Assembly (NCBI GenBank): GCA_963664115.2 | Contig: CAXWPJ010000002.1 | Location: 128,001 to 192,000, forward strand | Direction of reading: 5' to 3' | From: Terriglobia bacterium | GTDB lineage: Bacteria; Acidobacteriota; Terriglobia; 20CM-2-55-15 | DNA: 64,000 nucleotides | Part shown: positions 59,579-64,000 of the stretch, in pieces | How positions within the stretch are numbered: the first letter of the stretch is position 1 | Layout: each line of letters begins with the position of its first letter | Notes under the pieces: model-generated | What the model saw: only the letters and a program-made list of their open reading frames with translations | Database searches by the model: none | Told to the model about the DNA's origin: nothing | Translations under genes and position numbers: made by a program

Positions 59579-60829
59579 TCACTCCCCGGCGACACCGAAG
59601 TACTCTGCCGACGCTGACCGTACGGCCTCGCTCGAATCCCAGGCCGACCGGTCGATCAGTACCAGAAATTTCCAGAGAGCCCTGTGTTTCTCCTTGAGAA
59701 TCCGTATCTCGGCGTTGTTCGCTCCTGAGAGCGGCTGAATTTCGCCGCTGTCGAGCCGGGCAGGAACTTCAGCTTCGGGAAGGGACATCCCGAGCGACGG
59801 ACAATAAACGATCACCTGGTGGGGATTGAGACCCGCGGCCTCCGCAATCGCACCCTCGGCTGTTTCTCGTTCTGAAGGACTGAAATGAAAGCGCTGCTCA
59901 AGACCCTTCTGTTTTTCTTCACCCACAGACACCGTCAGCATGTAGCAGGGCTTGTACAGCTTCCGGGCTTCAAACCGGTCCAGGATGTGGCCGATTCCCG
60001 CATGGTTGGAATAATCCTCACGCAACAACCACAGTAAGGTGTCGTCTTTGAGCGTCCTCAGTCGCACCGCGTCCAGGCCCGCGGCCAGGGCCAGTTCGAC
60101 CGCTTTCGAAATCATCGCTCCGGATGCGAGTTTCGTGTGATGAAAGTAGACACGCTCTGAAAGCGTGTAACGGATCCTCAACAGGTTGACCAGTTCCGAA
60201 AGTGCGTCCCGGCGCAAGAGGCCGTGCTTTTCCAGTCGCACGATCAGATGCCCGTCTTCTTCGTCGAAAGTCTGAAAGATGCGGTCGTCGTAGTACTGCG
60301 ACAGCCCACAAAAATAATTATCGCGGCGAAGATAGTCCAGTAGATCGGCGCTGATCGCCCCACTGACGATGTCGGAAGCAAAGCCCGCCGTTCCGGAGAG
60401 AATCGCGATCACCGCGTCACTCACGCCGTGCCTGTCGAGAACGTCTCCGACCGAAGAGTTCTTCATAAAATAGGTAAAGCGGTCCGCGTCCTGATCATGA
60501 CGGGGCAGAACACGCCGTTCGTCCTCCAGCGTGTGGCCAAAAGGAATGTGCGTGATGTCGTGAAGTAAAGCTGCAGCACGAATGACGCTCTCCTCGGCCT
60601 CAGAAACGGAGACGTTCCGGCGGATTGCATCGACCAGGCGGTGGGCCATCCAGGCCGTACCGACGGAGTGTTCAAACCGCGTGTGCATCGCCGACGGATA
60701 GATCAGGTAGGCCGTGCCCAACTGCTTGATCCCCCGGAGACGCTGGAATTCGGGAGTATCGATCAACTCCATTTCCAGCGCACCCAGTTCGATGTCGCCG
60801 TGGACAGCGTCTCGAATCAATTTTCGCAT
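59579..60829 (-). CDS. HD-domain phosphohydrolase (dNTP triphosphohydrolase-like)
   Basis: FQRLRGIKQLG, HTRFEHSVG, LLHDITH.PFGH, DLLDYLRRD. Confidence 0.9.
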   Translation of the reverse strand: MRKLIRDAVHGDIELGALEMELIDTPEFQRLRGIKQLGTAYLIYPSAMHTRFEHSVGTAWMAHRLVDAIRRNVSVSEAEESVIRAAALLHDITHIPFGHTLEDERRVLPRHDQDADRFTYFMKNSSVGDVLDRHGVSDAVIAILSGTAGFASDIVSGAISADLLDYLRRDNYFCGLSQYYDDRIFQTFDEEDGHLIVRLEKHGLLRRDALSELVNLLRIRYTLSERVYFHHTKLASGAMISKAVELALAAGLDAVRLRTLKDDTLLWLLREDYSNHAGIGHILDRFEARKLYKPCYMLTVSVGEEKQKGLEQRFHFSPSERETAEGAIAEAAGLNPHQVIVYCPSLGMSLPEAEVPARLDSGEIQPLSGANNAEIRILKEKHRALWKFLVLIDRSAWDSSEAVRSASAEYFGVAGE

Positions 60830-61019
60830 GGCGTATTCTGACTCCCCAGCTTGGGCCTCCATTTCCCGGGCCACTGCCGATCACCCGGACTTGCGACCGG
60901 GCCCATCGGTAACCGAAACAGGCACCATCGAATTATGCAGCATATGATCGATATGCCGAAAAACGCTCCGAACACCAAACACGCTATAATGCCGAGCGAT
61001 TCAACACTGGAGGTGTTTC

Positions 61020-61406
61020 TTGAAGTTTCTAGCGTTCGCGATTTTTTCTGTGGCTCTGGTGGTCTCCTGTGCGCCGGCCGAACCCGAACCGGCCGCCACG
61101 GCCGAAACCCCAACTGAGGCTCCCGCCGCGGCACCGAACGGGACTCGCGAAAGCCCATTCATGGGGCACGGCGTCATTCAGGAAGTCGGCGAAACCCAAC
61201 TCGTCATCCAGCACGATACGATCCCTGGCTTCATGGCCGGCATGACAATGGCTTTCCCCATAACCGCAGAGGCCTTGAGCGACGACCTGGAAGTCGGCGA
61301 CGAGATCATGTTCGATATCGAGCTGCTCACGGAGGGCTACCAGATTTTTAATGTCTCCGAGGTCGAGGCTGGGGACGACGATAGCGAAGAAGAAGACGAA
61401 GAGTAG
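61020..61406 (+). CDS. CusF-like copper-binding lipoprotein
   Basis: VVSC lipobox; IQHDTIPGFMAGMTMAF...LEVGDEI.F. Confidence 0.82.
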   Translation: MKFLAFAIFSVALVVSCAPAEPEPAATAETPTEAPAAAPNGTRESPFMGHGVIQEVGETQLVIQHDTIPGFMAGMTMAFPITAEALSDDLEVGDEIMFDIELLTEGYQIFNVSEVEAGDDDSEEEDEE

Positions 61407-61498
61407 TTGCACAGCCGGCCGAGCCCCGGACCACTATCCGGCGGCTTGAAAAGAGTTTTCTCCGGGTGCTACGATGCTCGAACGGCTTCAGTAAGCCC

Positions 61499-61569
61499 TG
61501 GGAGGTCGTCTAATGGTAGGACTGCAGACTCTGACTCTGCCTGTCGGGGTTCGAATCCCTGCCTCCCAG
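61499..61569 (+). tRNA. tRNA-Gln(CTG); CCA not encoded
   Basis: TGGGAGG/CCTCCCA acceptor stem; GCAGA-CTCTGAC-TCTGC anticodon arm; GGTTCGAATCC T-loop. Confidence 0.95.
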
Positions 61570-61821
61570 TTACTCATTTAAAAAGACTTACGGCACCGAT
61601 GGAGCTTCCGCTAATTCCCCTTGTGGGGACTTTTGGGGGGACCTCCGGTCTTTTCTGGCGCCACATTACTCAATCCCGTGGCCTCTACTGCTAAACAATT
61701 TGACCACACACTGTCAGTCGTAGGAGAATGGCCTATGAGTTCCTGCATGTCCCGCAACAAAGCGGTAGTTGCCTTGCCTGGAACGACTGCTTACCGTCCC
61801 AAACGGAGGTTTAAGAATCAA

Positions 61822-62961
61822 ATGGCCAGACTCATCTGGAGTGTTGCAATCGGATTCGTTCTTCTTGCAGCCACCCCACAAACTCTGTTCAGCCAAGTCC
61901 GCTTAGCGAGCGGGTTCGGTCAATCAAACATCGGAGGCCAACAGGTTTTCGTACATGTGACAGTGGCGGTCCCACCCGGTTTAGACGGACCCAGCGTTGT
62001 CGAAGATGCCGTCCGGGGTCAGGGGGCACGTCCGATCCAATCCGCAGCGTTTTCATTGACGGGATTGGATTGGAAGAACAATTCGCCTGAGGGGGCGCAG
62101 AATGTGCTTCAGTCCCAGAACTTTTCAGACCTCCCAGACGCCCTAACCGACCCGGCGGTACTGGCATTGAAAGCCTCTCAGGAGACGTGGAAAGAGGACT
62201 GGCAAGAGAACAACAATGTCTCCGATACTTCAGAATTCAGCTTTTTAGACGGTGGATTTACCGACCAATGTCCATCATTGGCGAAGCAGTGTCCTGGAAG
62301 GCAGTTTGCTGACCAACTCAATGATGTCGGCTTTATCTCCATTGGCGGATGCTGCACTCTGGCGGCTACATGGTTTCTAAGAGGCAGCTCGGACAGCACC
62401 TCCGCTGCGGACGAACCCGAGGCTGACATCGTCGTGAACAGTCGCGTGAATTGGAACAGCTTCGATCTCGAGACCGTGCTTTTGCACGAGCTTGGACACG
62501 CTCTCGGCTTGGGACATTCTTCGGTTGCCGGAGCTGTAATGGCAGCCACTTATACTGTCCCGATACCAGACCTGCAGGAGGACGATGTGCGCGGCGTTAC
62601 GTATCTCTATCCTCGACAGGGATGGGTCGGATTGATTAGCGGTACGGTCGTCGAAGATGGGTCCACACCTGAACTGGCTATCGAAGGTGCCACGGTCTCT
62701 ATCGCCGATTTTCCCGTATCCGACACGACCGAATCGGACGGGAGCTACTCTCTCACAGGTGTGCCGGACATTGGAGAGTACGCTGTGACGGTGAGTGCGA
62801 AAGGCTATCTGAGTCAAACGATAGCTAACATCGACGTGCCAACAAATCTCCCCACCATTAAACTCGTCAAAGAATCCGACGATGGCGGCGGTGGCAATGG
62901 CGGCGGCAATGGCGGTGGCAAGGACAAATGCAAGAAGAACGGCCCCTTCGCTTGCCCTTAG
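61822..62961 (+). CDS. Matrixin (M10) metalloprotease with carboxypeptidase-regulatory-like domain
   Basis: HELGHALGLGHS plus AVM Met-turn; signal peptide; GGAGG RBS. Confidence 0.88.
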   Translation: MARLIWSVAIGFVLLAATPQTLFSQVRLASGFGQSNIGGQQVFVHVTVAVPPGLDGPSVVEDAVRGQGARPIQSAAFSLTGLDWKNNSPEGAQNVLQSQNFSDLPDALTDPAVLALKASQETWKEDWQENNNVSDTSEFSFLDGGFTDQCPSLAKQCPGRQFADQLNDVGFISIGGCCTLAATWFLRGSSDSTSAADEPEADIVVNSRVNWNSFDLETVLLHELGHALGLGHSSVAGAVMAATYTVPIPDLQEDDVRGVTYLYPRQGWVGLISGTVVEDGSTPELAIEGATVSIADFPVSDTTESDGSYSLTGVPDIGEYAVTVSAKGYLSQTIANIDVPTNLPTIKLVKESDDGGGGNGGGNGGGKDKCKKNGPFACP

Positions 62962-63010
62962 AGATTGAGTTTTTACGTGAGTCGAAGCGCGGTTAACCCC
63001 TTGTGGCCTT

Positions 63011-63040
63011 AGGGCCCGTCTTCATGGCGGGCCTTTTCTC
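63011..63040 (+). terminator. Intrinsic terminator
   Basis: AGGGCCCGTC-ttcat-GGCGGGCCTTTTCTCT. Confidence 0.7.
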
Positions 63041-63053
63041 TTTCTACTCAAAC

Positions 63054-64000
63054 TCAACCAACAGTGCCGGCCGTCGCAGTTTTCGTCTTTTCCAATAGCG
63101 ACGATTCCAGCCTATTTGCTGCCGCCCTGTTCGCTCCGGGAATCAAGTGTCCGTATAGATCGACTGTGATCTGGATAGAGTGGTGCCTCATCTGCTCTTT
63201 GACGTAGGTGATGCTCTCGCCCTGCTGGAGCATGAGGCTGGCATACGTGTGTCTCAGATCATGGAAACGGACTCGCCGAACCTCTGCCGCCTTCAGAAGC
63301 GGAAAGAACTGGCGCTGCCTGAGATTCTGTTCATCGAGGAACTGGCCCGCTTGATTGGAAAACACCCAATTTGGCAGACGTTCACCCTTCCCAAAGCACT
63401 CTTCCCTCTTTCGACGCTTTAGCTCTTCGAACACCAGGCTAAGCTCGTCCGGAAGATCAATCCGGCGCTGCAGGTGACTCTTCGGGGTTTCCAACCGACG
63501 ACGCGATACGGCACACTTTACGTGAATGCACCCATTCTGAGAATCGATGTCATCCCAGTGCAGACCGATCAACTCGCCCAGTCGCATCCCTGTAAGCACT
63601 GCGGTCAGCACGAAGGCGTACAGCTGAAAATCACCGTCTCGCGCCTTGACGAGTAACTTTTGAACCTCCTTGGTCGTGTACGGAACAACCTTCATCGCGT
63701 TCGCCTTTGACGAAGTCTCCTTCCTGAAGCCACCCAAGCGATTTGCTGGATTCGCCAGGATGATCCCTTCGTCAACAGCTTGGTTCAGCATTTGCCGTAA
63801 CGGAGCGATGATGTTCCGCACCGTCGCCTTGCTCAGGCCCTCCCCTATTTTCTTGGCGATCAGGTTCTTAATGTCATCCCGGGTGATCTCGTCGAGACGT
63901 TTCGATTCGATCGCCTTCAGGTGTTGATCGACGGTCTGTTTGTAGAGTCTGTGAGTCGCGTGTTTACAGTGAACCTTGACGTACTTGTCCAGCCAGGTAG
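63054..64000 (-). CDS. Phage-type tyrosine integrase (5' end outside window)
   Basis: TGMRLGEL, TPKS, RFHDLRHTYAS, HHSIQITVDLY. Confidence 0.9.
   Translation of the reverse strand, partial: TWLDKYVKVHCKHATHRLYKQTVDQHLKAIESKRLDEITRDDIKNLIAKKIGEGLSKATVRNIIAPLRQMLNQAVDEGIILANPANRLGGFRKETSSKANAMKVVPYTTKEVQKLLVKARDGDFQLYAFVLTAVLTGMRLGELIGLHWDDIDSQNGCIHVKCAVSRRRLETPKSHLQRRIDLPDELSLVFEELKRRKREECFGKGERLPNWVFSNQAGQFLDEQNLRQRQFFPLLKAAEVRRVRFHDLRHTYASLMLQQGESITYVKEQMRHHSIQITVDLYGHLIPGANRAAANRLESSLLEKTKTATAGTVG

Larger units (their letters stand above)
61570..64000. mobile_element. Integrative element/genomic island at tRNA-Gln (continues beyond window)
   Basis: Integrase 1.5 kb from the tRNA 3' end; GGGGAC direct repeats at 61622-61642. 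Confidence 0.65.

Overview
High-GC bacterial chromosome segment, most consistent with Acidobacteriota (fused LptF-LptG, Oar-type TonB-dependent receptor, kinase-TolB 'NWFEELK' tails; inference). Housekeeping blocks at ~1-23.4 kb (cyaY-like, peptidases, ccdA, amidase, thiD, lptFG, xerD) and ~43-61.5 kb (murJ, lpxD, glyQS, recO, rhomboid, TBDR, HD hydrolase, tRNA-Gln) flank a ~19.5 kb accessory island (23.4-42.9 kb). The island holds exported enzymes, DUF6152-type modules and IS remnants. A second integrative element begins at tRNA-Gln. There are two apparently identical IS1380 copies, an IS256 nested in an IS3 remnant, and an IS30 scar. Best leads: (1) an unannotated CxxU selenoprotein with a SECIS-like hairpin; (2) a Fur-ferritin/rubrerythrin fusion heading a TBDR operon; (3) a DUF6152 His-His module and its Cys-containing partner, present both split and fused; (4) three decayed copies of a 'kinase tail + promoter' unit punctuating the island; (5) a Tat-exported ThDP enzyme paired with a CX3CH cytochrome-HhH protein. 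All assignments are by eye, with no database searches.
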